From a virus (Duplodnaviria; Caudoviricetes), in IMG/VR virus record IMGVR_UViG_3300037458_001131, positions 1 through 28,670 of that record: a stretch of 28,670 nt of DNA; one strand, 5' to 3'. Positions 1-7,725 of the stretch are shown here, in pieces (within the stretch, counting starts at the first letter, position 1; each line of letters opens with the position of its first letter). The notes under the pieces are model-generated. The model worked only from the letters and a program-made list of their open reading frames with translations. It was not told where the DNA came from and ran no database searches. The translations under genes and the position numbers were made by a program.

Positions 1-2
1 TC

Positions 3-914
3 GACCTGGACATCTGGCGCTATGAACTGCGCTGGGGTACGACCTCCGACACCTGGGCCTCTGCGCAACTATTGGATCGCGTGGATGCCCTGCGCTACAT
101 CTCGAAGGGGGTGCTTACCGCAGGCGTGCGTCGCATCTTCGTCAAGGCCATCGACTCGATTGGTCAGTACTCGACCAACGCCGCCTACTGCGACGTTACG
201 GTGACCATCGACCCCGATGCCCTGCGCACCATCTACGATGCTTTCGACCCGGGCACGCCGACAGACATGGCCGTCACCCGCTGGGGCGTCGGGAACCCTG
301 ATTGGTACGTCACAGAGCACGGCGTGGTGTGCTCCACCCTCTTCCCCGCTGGGACGATGGGTGGGTACACGAATGCGCTCGCGAGCTATCAGTCCGACGG
401 CACCAACACCTACCAGACTGACATCTGGGACGCAGGAGTAGACCTGACAGGGGATTGGTCCGCGGACATCGACTTCACCAACGTCTCGGGCTCCGCGCAG
501 GTGACGCTTCAGCTCTGCGACACCGTATCCTACCCGACGTTCACCGACCACACCACCCTACCGGTGAAGACGACGGCACGCTATGCCCGCATCAAGGTCA
601 GCGGGACCGGCGAGTTCAAGGTTCTCCCGGGCAGCGAAGAGGTCACGTGCTATGCCGTGACCCGCAAGGAATACGGGGTCAAGGCGTGCGCAGCGACGGG
701 CACCAACACCGTCACGCTGGACAACGCCTACTTCGCGTACCGCAGCATCAGCCTGACCCCGGTTGAGGCGGGGGCTGTTGCAGTGATCGCTGTCGCGGAC
801 AACATCGTGCTCGACCCCGATGGTTCCCCCGCCAACAGCTTCGACATCTACACCTTCGATGCCTCCGGTGCCCGCGTGGCCTCGGACGTGTCGTGGAAAT
901 TTGAGGGAGTCTAG
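3..914 (+). CDS. Phage tail tip / host-specificity protein, C-terminal part (5' truncated by the window edge)
   Basis: The frame is open from position 3 (DLDIWRYELRWG...), upstream of the track's TTG at 72. YELRW...RRIFVKAIDSIGQYS resembles a fibronectin-III-like strand pattern typical of tail tip proteins. It is Thr/Gly/Asp-rich and ends in ...VSWKFEGV. Confidence 0.65.
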   Translation, partial: DLDIWRYELRWGTTSDTWASAQLLDRVDALRYISKGVLTAGVRRIFVKAIDSIGQYSTNAAYCDVTVTIDPDALRTIYDAFDPGTPTDMAVTRWGVGNPDWYVTEHGVVCSTLFPAGTMGGYTNALASYQSDGTNTYQTDIWDAGVDLTGDWSADIDFTNVSGSAQVTLQLCDTVSYPTFTDHTTLPVKTTARYARIKVSGTGEFKVLPGSEEVTCYAVTRKEYGVKACAATGTNTVTLDNAYFAYRSISLTPVEAGAVAVIAVADNIVLDPDGSPANSFDIYTFDASGARVASDVSWKFEGV

Positions 915-916
915 CC

Positions 917-1300
917 ATGGCCTACACGCCATTGGATGTCACCAAGCCGGATGAGACGACGCAGGGGATCACTGCGTTCTCCTCGTCCGTTCGCACGAAC
1001 GATGAAGCCATCCTCGACCAGCTGGTCTCGGGGGGCTCCATGCCCGGGTGGGACTATGCGGTAACGGCAGGGACGACCGACGCCCCGACCGAGATCGTTC
1101 TGACGAAGACGGACGACAGCAACCGCAAGATCCGCATCACCTACACGTACAGCGGGGGGCTGGTCGCGACGATGAAAGCAGCCAAGACCACCAACGGTGG
1201 AAGCAACTGGGACAAGATCACCTACGCCGGCAAGGACCTGTGCACCCTGACCTATGACGGCAACGGATTTCTGCAATCGACCGCGTGGAGCGTCTCATGA
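917..1300 (+). CDS. Hypothetical virion/tail-associated protein
   Basis: RBS GAGGGAG before ATG 917. Thr/Gly-rich beta-type composition. The stop overlaps the next start (ATGA 1297-1300). Confidence 0.6.
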   Translation: MAYTPLDVTKPDETTQGITAFSSSVRTNDEAILDQLVSGGSMPGWDYAVTAGTTDAPTEIVLTKTDDSNRKIRITYTYSGGLVATMKAAKTTNGGSNWDKITYAGKDLCTLTYDGNGFLQSTAWSVS

Positions 1301-2115
1301 GTAGCCTCGGATTCCTTGCCGCCATCCTCGGCAAAGTCAACGCCCTGCGCACGGACTACACCAACGCCCGCGCAGCCAAGCTGGACAATCTGGACGCCGC
1401 GGTCACCACGCGGGCGGCCGCAGCCACGGCCCTGTCCAACGCAACGTGGACGAATGCGAAAGCAGGCTATCTGGACATGCCCCTGTCGGGGCTCGCCCTG
1501 ACAGCCCTGCGCGACCCCCGTCTGTCCCCGTACATCGGGACTCTCGGGAACGCTCAGGCGTGCGGAAACTCTGGCGCCGCCTACTACCTTTCCGGGGATG
1601 ACTCGACCGGAAATGATAGCAAGTACGCCAGCGGTTCCCTCATTGCCGACTCGACCATGTTCAACTACATGGCCCCGATCACTGTGGCGGACACCTACGT
1701 CACCGTCGCAGACATCACGTCTGGCGGGGGCTGGCTGTTCTCCCTCGCGTCCCCCTCGTCGGTCAACGCAGACGGCACTGCGACGCACACCATCCGCATC
1801 ACCGTGGATGGTGTGGCCTACGTGCTATCGAAGACGTCCGTGGCCGCGACCAACAAGCTCATCTGGGGCTTCTTCGGCTACTACGGCGCCGGCGGCTATT
1901 GGCTGACCCCGCGGCAGATCCTCGGGTACGGGGGAAGCACCTATGGGGTCAACCCTCCTCCGGCGTGGCCCCTGCGCTTCCTCGACTCGCTGAAGATCGA
2001 AGCGAAGATGTCCATCCTCCCTTCGGCGACAACCTACAACCTCAACCGCAGGGCCTATGCCTCCATCCTCAAGACAGGCGACGGCCTTATCTCAACCGGT
2101 GCAACGTGGAGCTAA
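1297..2115 (+). CDS. Putative tail fibre / receptor-binding-like protein
   Basis: ATG 1297 is coupled to the upstream TGA. An Ala-rich helical N-terminus (LRTDYTNARAAKLDNLDAAVTTRA) is followed by a Gly/Ser/Tyr-rich beta domain. It lies in the tail module. Confidence 0.5.
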   Translation: MSSLGFLAAILGKVNALRTDYTNARAAKLDNLDAAVTTRAAAATALSNATWTNAKAGYLDMPLSGLALTALRDPRLSPYIGTLGNAQACGNSGAAYYLSGDDSTGNDSKYASGSLIADSTMFNYMAPITVADTYVTVADITSGGGWLFSLASPSSVNADGTATHTIRITVDGVAYVLSKTSVAATNKLIWGFFGYYGAGGYWLTPRQILGYGGSTYGVNPPPAWPLRFLDSLKIEAKMSILPSATTYNLNRRAYASILKTGDGLISTGATWS

Positions 2116-2119
2116 CGTC

Positions 2120-2566
2120 ATGCAGGAAGCCAAGGCATTCAGCATCGAGTCGGAGCAACCCCTGCGGTTGCACTGGCACTATGTCAGCGCGGAAAGCAAC
2201 ATGCCCTCCCCGCTGGGGGACACCGAAGGGTTCGATCCCCTCGTCTACGCGGGGAGCTTGATCCCTTTCAACGGCATGCGGATTCCCATCGTGCAGGGCT
2301 CTCCGGGGTCACCGCAGATCGGTCTTGACGTTCACACCATGACCGATCCCCCTGTCGGTTGGACGGGGCGCGTGCTGCTCCTCAGCGAGCGCATCCAGGA
2401 GATGAAGGCCTCGGGCATCTACCTCCCCGGCTTCGTCGGCTACCAAGAGTGGCAGCAGGAGCATGGCCCCTTCGCACAGGCGAACAAGATCATGGACGAG
2501 GACAAGCGCTGGAAGGCCCGCGTGGAGGGTGTGCTGCAGCAGATCCTCGCCGCGGTGAAGAAGTGA
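2120..2566 (+). CDS. Hypothetical protein (tail module)
   Basis: ATG 2120 lies 4 nt after the previous stop, with GGAG upstream. Codon usage matches the neighbours. Confidence 0.55.
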   Translation: MQEAKAFSIESEQPLRLHWHYVSAESNMPSPLGDTEGFDPLVYAGSLIPFNGMRIPIVQGSPGSPQIGLDVHTMTDPPVGWTGRVLLLSERIQEMKASGIYLPGFVGYQEWQQEHGPFAQANKIMDEDKRWKARVEGVLQQILAAVKK

Positions 2567-2573
2567 GCTGACC

Positions 2574-3074
2574 ATGCCGGCCCTGTATCAGCTCCAGCCC
2601 ATCGGTGTGCTCAAGACCGATGACGGCAAGCGCATCATCCCGCAGAGCGGGAAGCTGTGGGACGACTACCAGAAGTGGCTGAAGCAGGGCAACCTCCCTG
2701 ACCCCTACATCATGCCCGACACCACCCCGACGTTGGCGGAGGCCCGCGCAGAACGCAAGCGGTACATCGAGAGTAAGTGGGCCGAAGCCGAGGCTGCCGG
2801 CTTCGTATGGGACAGCAAGACGTGGGCGTCCGATCAACGCGCGCTCAACCGGTTGTGGCCCAGCATCGTGGTCGCGTACACCGCACAGGGGCAATTCACC
2901 CTGAACTGGTCCACGAAGGATGGGGTTGCCGTTGCTTTGAGCAAGGCGCAGGTGACGGCACTCAACGTCGCACTCCAAGCACACCTCACCGCACAGCATG
3001 ATCGGGCACAGATGGGGTTCCAAGCAATCAATGCCGCTACCACGGTTGCTCAAGTGCAGGCTGTGGTGTGGTGA
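2574..3074 (+). CDS. Tail fibre assembly chaperone-like protein (DUF4376-like C-terminus)
   Basis: The N-terminal IP...WDDYQKWLKQGNLPDP and the C-terminal W.TKDG..V.L...QV..L...INAATTVAQVQAVVW patterns are typical of Tfa/DUF4376 proteins. Confidence 0.65.
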   Translation: MPALYQLQPIGVLKTDDGKRIIPQSGKLWDDYQKWLKQGNLPDPYIMPDTTPTLAEARAERKRYIESKWAEAEAAGFVWDSKTWASDQRALNRLWPSIVVAYTAQGQFTLNWSTKDGVAVALSKAQVTALNVALQAHLTAQHDRAQMGFQAINAATTVAQVQAVVW

Positions 3075-3085
3075 GGAGAGAGGAA

Positions 3086-3406
3086 TTGGGCTCTGACGAA
3101 ACCGGCGCTGGTGACAAGCATTTTCTGGAGCGGCACATCCAGACGGTTGCCATCAGCGTTAGCCTGGCCCTGTTGTTCTGGGGAGCCAGTACCCTGGTGG
3201 ATATTCGCGACCGGATCAGTCGCTTTGAGGAGCGTCTGGCTTCCATCACCGCACAGGTTCAACAGGGAACCGATGACCGCTTTCGCGGGTCAGACTGGCG
3301 GCGGGAGAAGGAACGGTTGGACGAGAGGCACAACCAACTCCAGCTTCGACTGGAGCGCCTGGAGGACGCTATGCAACAGCAGCGATTTAAGAGCGCAGTG
3401 AGGTAG
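3086..3406 (+). CDS. Single-TM coiled-coil membrane protein of the lysis cassette (holin/antiholin-like)
   Basis: One hydrophobic segment (TVAISVSLALLFWGASTLV) is followed by heptad coiled coil. It lies directly upstream of the endolysin. The start is probably TTG 3086 after GAGGAGAGAGGAA (the track uses GTG 3068). Confidence 0.5.
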   Translation: MGSDETGAGDKHFLERHIQTVAISVSLALLFWGASTLVDIRDRISRFEERLASITAQVQQGTDDRFRGSDWRREKERLDERHNQLQLRLERLEDAMQQQRFKSAVR

Positions 3407-3410
3407 TGAG

Positions 3411-4631
3411 ATGAGCGCGAACCTTCGAGCTTTCCTCTTCATGCTCCGCTGGTGCGAGGGCACCGCGGACGAGAACGGATACCGTGCCCTCTTCGGGCAT
3501 ACGGTGAAGAATCCCAAGCTGTTCGCAGGCTGGCGTGAGCATCCGCAGGTGCGGACTTACGAGAAGTACGATGGGCAGTTCATCGAGAACGGGAAGTTGG
3601 ATTTCACCACGGCGGCGGGGGCGTACCAGATCACGTACACCACGTGGCGGGACTTCATTGCGGCGAAGGGGCCGCATGACTTCGACCCTGCGGGACAGGA
3701 TGCGTGCGCCATCTGGCTGATGGAGGTCGAGCACGCCCTGGAAGACGTGGAAGAGGGCAGGCTGCGTCAAGCGATCGAGAAGTGCGGTGGCCGATGGGCC
3801 AGCCTTCCGAGCAGCCGTTACCCTCAACCGAAGAGGTCTTACGAAGCTTGCGAGAAGGTGTACCTTGCCGCAGGCGGTCTGCTTACGCGGGCTCCGGCTG
3901 ACGTTGCGGAGGAACCGGAGGTCTCGGGGCCTCCTCCCTCGCCCTCCGAGGCTGCCGGTGCCGTACCGTCACTGGAGCCCGCACCCGAACAACCCCAAGC
4001 CAAGGAGGAAGGAATGCTCCCCGCCCTGCTATCCCCGTTTGTTGCCGCCGCCATTCCGGCACTGATCGAAGCCGCAGGGGCCGCAGCCCCATCCCTGATC
4101 CGCATCTTCGGCACCGAAGGGTCGAAGATCACGGAGCGCAACGCCAAGGCTGTGGAGGAGGTCGTCAAGGTCGCCAAAGCAGTCACCGGGGCCGTGACCG
4201 TGGAGCAGGCGGTTGATGGCCTCAAGACGAATCCCACCGCGCGGGCCAACTACGAGCGCTCGTTGCTCGAGGAGATGGACCGCATCATGGGGATCGTCGC
4301 TCGTGGCGTGGAGATTGACGACACGAGTCGGGACCGGGCAGCGGAACGTGCGAAGGGGATGGTGTGGGATCCCCTGCCGTTCCTCGCGGACAGGGGCTTT
4401 CAGGCACTGGGGGCTGCCTTCATTGCGCAGCTCATCCTCCTGGCCCTCGGGTTCATTCTCAAGGTGCCTGCGGAGGCGCTGATGATCCTGCTCACCCTCT
4501 TCGTCGCAACGTCAACGAAGCTGGTGGATCGGTGGGGACAGCTGTACGACTACCGGCTGGGGTCGTCGTCAGGGTCGAAGGCGTCCGGAGACGCCGTGCG
4601 TGCTATCGCCGAGCAGCGGTCCCGTCAGTAA
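3411..4631 (+). CDS. Endolysin (lambda R-like lytic transglycosylase) fused via a Pro/Ala/Glu linker to a holin-like membrane domain
   Basis: N-terminal motifs: NLRAFL..LRWCEGT (catalytic Glu), TAAGAYQI, DF.P..QD, WASLP.S.YPQ. C-terminal: hydrophobic helices and YDYRLGSSSGSK, like the GTA 3TM-holin F/YGSS.GS..K motif. RBS GAGGT upstream. Confidence 0.85.
   Translation: MSANLRAFLFMLRWCEGTADENGYRALFGHTVKNPKLFAGWREHPQVRTYEKYDGQFIENGKLDFTTAAGAYQITYTTWRDFIAAKGPHDFDPAGQDACAIWLMEVEHALEDVEEGRLRQAIEKCGGRWASLPSSRYPQPKRSYEACEKVYLAAGGLLTRAPADVAEEPEVSGPPPSPSEAAGAVPSLEPAPEQPQAKEEGMLPALLSPFVAAAIPALIEAAGAAAPSLIRIFGTEGSKITERNAKAVEEVVKVAKAVTGAVTVEQAVDGLKTNPTARANYERSLLEEMDRIMGIVARGVEIDDTSRDRAAERAKGMVWDPLPFLADRGFQALGAAFIAQLILLALGFILKVPAEALMILLTLFVATSTKLVDRWGQLYDYRLGSSSGSKASGDAVRAIAEQRSRQ
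4002..4016 (+). promoter_or_regulatory. Internal ribosome-binding site plus in-frame ATG (Met202) within the endolysin fusion
   Basis: AAGGAGG at 4002-4008, a 5-nt spacer, then ATG at 4014. It is in frame with 3411 and sits at the linker/membrane-domain boundary. Confidence 0.6.
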
Positions 4632-4848
4632 AGGTGGCCAGCTCGTCCACGACGACACGCGGGACGACACGCGGGCGGTAATCCTGCGACATCTGAAGCA
4701 GGGCCGCCCGCACCGCGATAGCAACCCCGGTGGGTGTCAGGTTGAAAACCCGCCGGGGGAATCGAAGCTGCAGCTCCTCCAGCTGCTTGGTGTCCCCGTA
4801 GATCACCTCGGACGTGCGATCCCATTGGATCCCGATGACGATGGTCAT
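4603..4848 (-). CDS. Small hypothetical protein (81 aa, MTIVIGIQWD...), last gene of the minus-strand arm
   Basis: ATG 4848 overlaps the mazG-like stop (ATGA), with GGGGGA upstream. Its 3' end overlaps the convergent endolysin end by 29 nt. Confidence 0.5.
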   Translation of the reverse strand: MTIVIGIQWDRTSEVIYGDTKQLEELQLRFPRRVFNLTPTGVAIAVRAALLQMSQDYRPRVVPRVVVDELATFTDGTAARR

Positions 4849-5435
4849 GGCTGTTCCCCCTGCAGCTTCTGTTCCTTGTAGATGGGGTGATGCTCGAGGA
4901 TCCAGGCTTCGATCCGATCCGTGGCGGGGATGAAGCCCTCGGGCTTGAGCACCTTCCCGCCCGCGTCCTTCACCACCTTGCCGTCGGGCCCGACCTTGCT
5001 CATGTTGGTTTCGTGGACGAGATCGAAGATCTTGGACGAGCTGTACCCCAGCTTGTAGCCGATGCCCGACACGATGATCTCGACCGCACAGCTCAGGGTA
5101 CGCAAGGCCTCCCAATCCTGCGCTTGAAGCGCGCGGATGATCCCGTGATGCACGGCCTCCAACGTCTCGATGGCCGCGCGGGTGAAGTCGGTAACGTCAG
5201 GGGTCACTCCGAGCTGCACACTCGTGCCGGCGATGACGTACATCAGGTCGGCGCCTTCGTGCGCGATGTTCAGCAGGTCCTGTTGGCTGAGCGCGTAGAG
5301 CAGCTCGCGCAGCTCTTCGTTGATGAGGCGCATCCGCAACCGGATCTCCTCGTCCTTGATGCCCTTCGGTTCGTCCCGTACTGGAACGTCGCAGGCCTTG
5401 TGGAAGGCCCGTACTGATTCGATCTCGTGGTGCAC
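4845..5435 (-). CDS. MazG-like NTP pyrophosphohydrolase (DR2231/PRA-PH-like, possible dUTPase)
   Basis: Motifs V..FH, LR.RLINEELREL, EGADLMYV..G, VHETNMSK and GKVLKPEG. GTG start with RBS GAGAGGT. Confidence 0.85.
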   Translation of the reverse strand: MHHEIESVRAFHKACDVPVRDEPKGIKDEEIRLRMRLINEELRELLYALSQQDLLNIAHEGADLMYVIAGTSVQLGVTPDVTDFTRAAIETLEAVHHGIIRALQAQDWEALRTLSCAVEIIVSGIGYKLGYSSSKIFDLVHETNMSKVGPDGKVVKDAGGKVLKPEGFIPATDRIEAWILEHHPIYKEQKLQGEQP

Positions 5436-5479
5436 GTTTTACCTCTCTTGTCAAGGGAATTTTGCCTTCGGGGCCGCAG

Positions 5480-5593
5480 GGGGGCGCCCACCCCTCTTTG
5501 ACGTAGGGGTGTACAGGGGTGCGCCAGAAAACCCTCCTCCGCCCCGTTTCTTTATGCCTTTTGGGGGTGCGCAGGGTTCGCGCACCCCCCCCC
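5480..5593. repeat. Intergenic inverted and direct repeats (stem-loops) between queC and the mazG-like gene
   Basis: GGGGGTGCGC-AGGGTTC-GCGCACCCCC forms a 10-bp perfect stem at about 5563-5589. CACCCCT...AGGGGTG forms a stem at about 5489-5511. GGGGTG recurs three times. Confidence 0.6.
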
Positions 5594-5609
5594 TCGGCCT
5601 TGATCGTCG

Positions 5610-6332
5610 TCAGGGGAGCGCGTTCCCCCTGCGGGCCCTCTCGATGAGGGGGTCGGCCAGCCCTGCGCGTGCGAACGCCTCGGCCCGCAGGACGCAGGAG
5701 TGACAGGCGCCGCAGGGAGGGAAGGTCCCGTGGTAGCAGGTGTGCGTCAGGGCCAGTGCCCGCCATGCGTGCCCTCCAAGGTCGTGCATCAGCTGGATGC
5801 TCTCGTCCTTGGGCACGCGCAGGAGCGGCGTGCGAATGCTCAGCTTGGTGTAGCCTTCCAGCGCAGCGTTGATTGCCTGGCCCATTGCCTCCACGAAGGC
5901 TCCCCGGCAATCGGGGTAGTTCGCATTGTCCTCCTCGCACACCCCGAGCCACAGCGCGCCAAAGCCCTCGGCGGCTGCGACGCACGCAGCGATGGTCAGG
6001 AACAGCATGTTGCGCCCGGGAACGAAGGTGCGCTCCACGCGATCCCCGATGATCTTCTCCATCGACTTGTAGTCGGTGTACGTTTCGAGCGTGGAGGAGG
6101 AGTTCAGCGGGCTGTTCCCCCCGAGCAGGTTGGGGATTGCCAACGTGCGGTGCGCGACACCGAAGTGCCGCGCGATGTTCGCCGCGGAATCCAGCTCGAG
6201 CCGATGCCGTTGCCCGTAGTCGAAGGACAGGGCTTCGACTTCGTCGCTTGGAGACCACCGCTTCCTTTCCAGCGCCAGCGCAAGGCAGGTTGTCGAATCC
6301 TGTCCGCCGCTCAATATCACCAGGTGTTTCAT
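5610..6332 (-). CDS. queC: 7-cyano-7-deazaguanine (preQ0) synthase
   Basis: SGGQDSTTCL PP-loop, FDYGQRH, TFVPGRNMLFL, YPDCR and the C-terminal Zn motif TCY...CGACHSC. Confidence 0.96.
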   Translation of the reverse strand: MKHLVILSGGQDSTTCLALALERKRWSPSDEVEALSFDYGQRHRLELDSAANIARHFGVAHRTLAIPNLLGGNSPLNSSSTLETYTDYKSMEKIIGDRVERTFVPGRNMLFLTIAACVAAAEGFGALWLGVCEEDNANYPDCRGAFVEAMGQAINAALEGYTKLSIRTPLLRVPKDESIQLMHDLGGHAWRALALTHTCYHGTFPPCGACHSCVLRAEAFARAGLADPLIERARRGNALP

Positions 6333-6343
6333 CTCATGTCCTC

Positions 6344-6811
6344 CTACAGGTGTTCCTTCCTGACCGTGGCCGAGCGGTCAGGTCCCTCTTCCACGGTCAC
6401 CTCGCTGATGATGCGAAGCACCGGGGTGCCGTCGTGGAAGCGCTGGGCAGCGGATGCACGCTCCACCAACACCTCCAGCTTTTGGCTGATGAGCTGTGCC
6501 AGGCGCTCTGCCGTTGCCCGATGACCGCCGTCCGTGACCTCCGGCAACAGGGACAAGTTCTTGTCCCTGTAGGGGGCGCACAGCTCGACCAGCGCCTCGT
6601 CGGCGACGAAGTACGGCAGGACCTCCGGGATGGTGATGACGCTGATCTGCACCGCCCACGAATGCCCGTGGATCTCCTCGAGCAGGCCGAGGACTGTGGG
6701 CAGGGACAGTTCCTTGGCGTCGCGGAGCATGGCCAGCTCATCGTACTGCTGCTGGCCGTTGAAGTGGGATGCGTTGAAACGCACAACCACGGAGTAGGTT
6801 TGCTGGTTCAC
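6344..6811 (-). CDS. Atypical QueD/PTPS T-fold paralogue lacking the catalytic Cys (DpdL-like or PTPS-III-like)
   Basis: Motifs F.ASH, LEEIHGHSW, ATAERLA and VTVEE. Leu replaces the Cys of CxxxHGH. The GTG start is coupled to the upstream stop (GTGA). Confidence 0.75.
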   Translation of the reverse strand: MNQQTYSVVVRFNASHFNGQQQYDELAMLRDAKELSLPTVLGLLEEIHGHSWAVQISVITIPEVLPYFVADEALVELCAPYRDKNLSLLPEVTDGGHRATAERLAQLISQKLEVLVERASAAQRFHDGTPVLRIISEVTVEEGPDRSATVRKEHL

Positions 6812-7725
6812 AGTTCCCCCGACAGTTCGACTTCACCCTCGAAACGCGCCATGGCATCGCGCAGGCGCTCCAGATTCCCCTCGCTGAGGAGGGGCTCATA
6901 CCCCGGGACGTCTTCGACGTACGCCGGGAACAGGGGGACGTGGTACGTCCCCGCACGTTGCAAGCCGAGGCTGATGGCCCCGCAGTAGAAGTCGCTGTAG
7001 ACCATCACGCCGGCGTGGTTCGTGCGGCTGAAGTACGTCAACGTCTCCTGAAACACCCGCCACCGGTTGGGGATGCCCGAGTCGTAGTAGGGCATTTCGT
7101 CCCACAGCATCTCCGGCACGATGCCCAGCACGCCTGTGGCGATCGCCAGGTACCAGGATTTGCTGGGGAACAGGTTCTTGACCGCGGTGTGGAGTGGTGA
7201 CGGGTACGGCTTGTCCGCGGCACAGGGAACGATGACGCACGCCGTCTTGCCCTTGGGCGGCACGAAGGTGCGCAGACGCGCGAGGTACGTCTGGACTTCC
7301 TTGCGCGAGAACGCTGCGTTGGTGGTGACGATGAATTCCCGGCTTTGCCGGTAGTCCCCACGACCGAAGGGCGTGGCCCACTCACGGTCCACCTTCCACA
7401 GGGCATCCACGCATTCGGGACGGAAGCCGCAAAGCACTTCCACCAGCGTGCGGTCCTGGCGGAACCGCTGCGCATTGCCGACGATGCCGTTGCTGCTGCA
7501 CGCGAGCACGCGGTGCACGTAGACATCATGCTCGAAGAAGTTCTGGCTCCCGTGGCATTCCGCCCCGAGGTAGCACAGCAGGGGGATCCAGGACGAGGGG
7601 GCGTTGACGACCAACACCGGGACATCCGGCGGGGTTGTCGCCACCTGCTCGAAGACGTGCAGGTAGCCGCCATAGCGGTCCTCATACGTGTCCCCGCTGG
7701 GCAGTTCAGTCAGGTCGATTTTCAT
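6808..7725 (-). CDS. ArcS-like (archaeosine synthase catalytic / DUF5591-like domain) protein
   Basis: VIVPCAADKPYPSPLH matches the ArcS PC..xKPY..S..H motif, followed by GVLGIVPE.LW...PYYD. The start is coupled to the sbcC stop (ATGA). Confidence 0.75.
   Translation of the reverse strand: MKIDLTELPSGDTYEDRYGGYLHVFEQVATTPPDVPVLVVNAPSSWIPLLCYLGAECHGSQNFFEHDVYVHRVLACSSNGIVGNAQRFRQDRTLVEVLCGFRPECVDALWKVDREWATPFGRGDYRQSREFIVTTNAAFSRKEVQTYLARLRTFVPPKGKTACVIVPCAADKPYPSPLHTAVKNLFPSKSWYLAIATGVLGIVPEMLWDEMPYYDSGIPNRWRVFQETLTYFSRTNHAGVMVYSDFYCGAISLGLQRAGTYHVPLFPAYVEDVPGYEPLLSEGNLERLRDAMARFEGEVELSGEL

Noticed and set aside
1297-2115. Diversity-generating retroelement target in the tail fibre
   Set aside because: No reverse transcriptase and no template/variable repeat pair were seen in the window.
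4651-4675. 12-bp tandem repeat GACGACACGCGG x2 near the strand convergence
   Set aside because: It is only two copies, in frame (PRVV PRVV), with no support as an att or regulatory site.
5449-5454. TTGACA on the minus strand as a sigma70 -35 box
   Set aside because: It is only 13 nt from the mazG-like start codon, with no appropriately spaced -10 element.
5530-5593. preQ1-I riboswitch (hairpin plus A-rich tail near queC)
   Set aside because: It lies downstream of queC, and the stem and loop lack the preQ1-I consensus. It is kept only as an unexplained structure.
5670-5745. Cys cluster as a radical-SAM (QueE) motif
   Set aside because: C-x7-CxxCxxC is the QueC zinc site, not CxxxCxxC.
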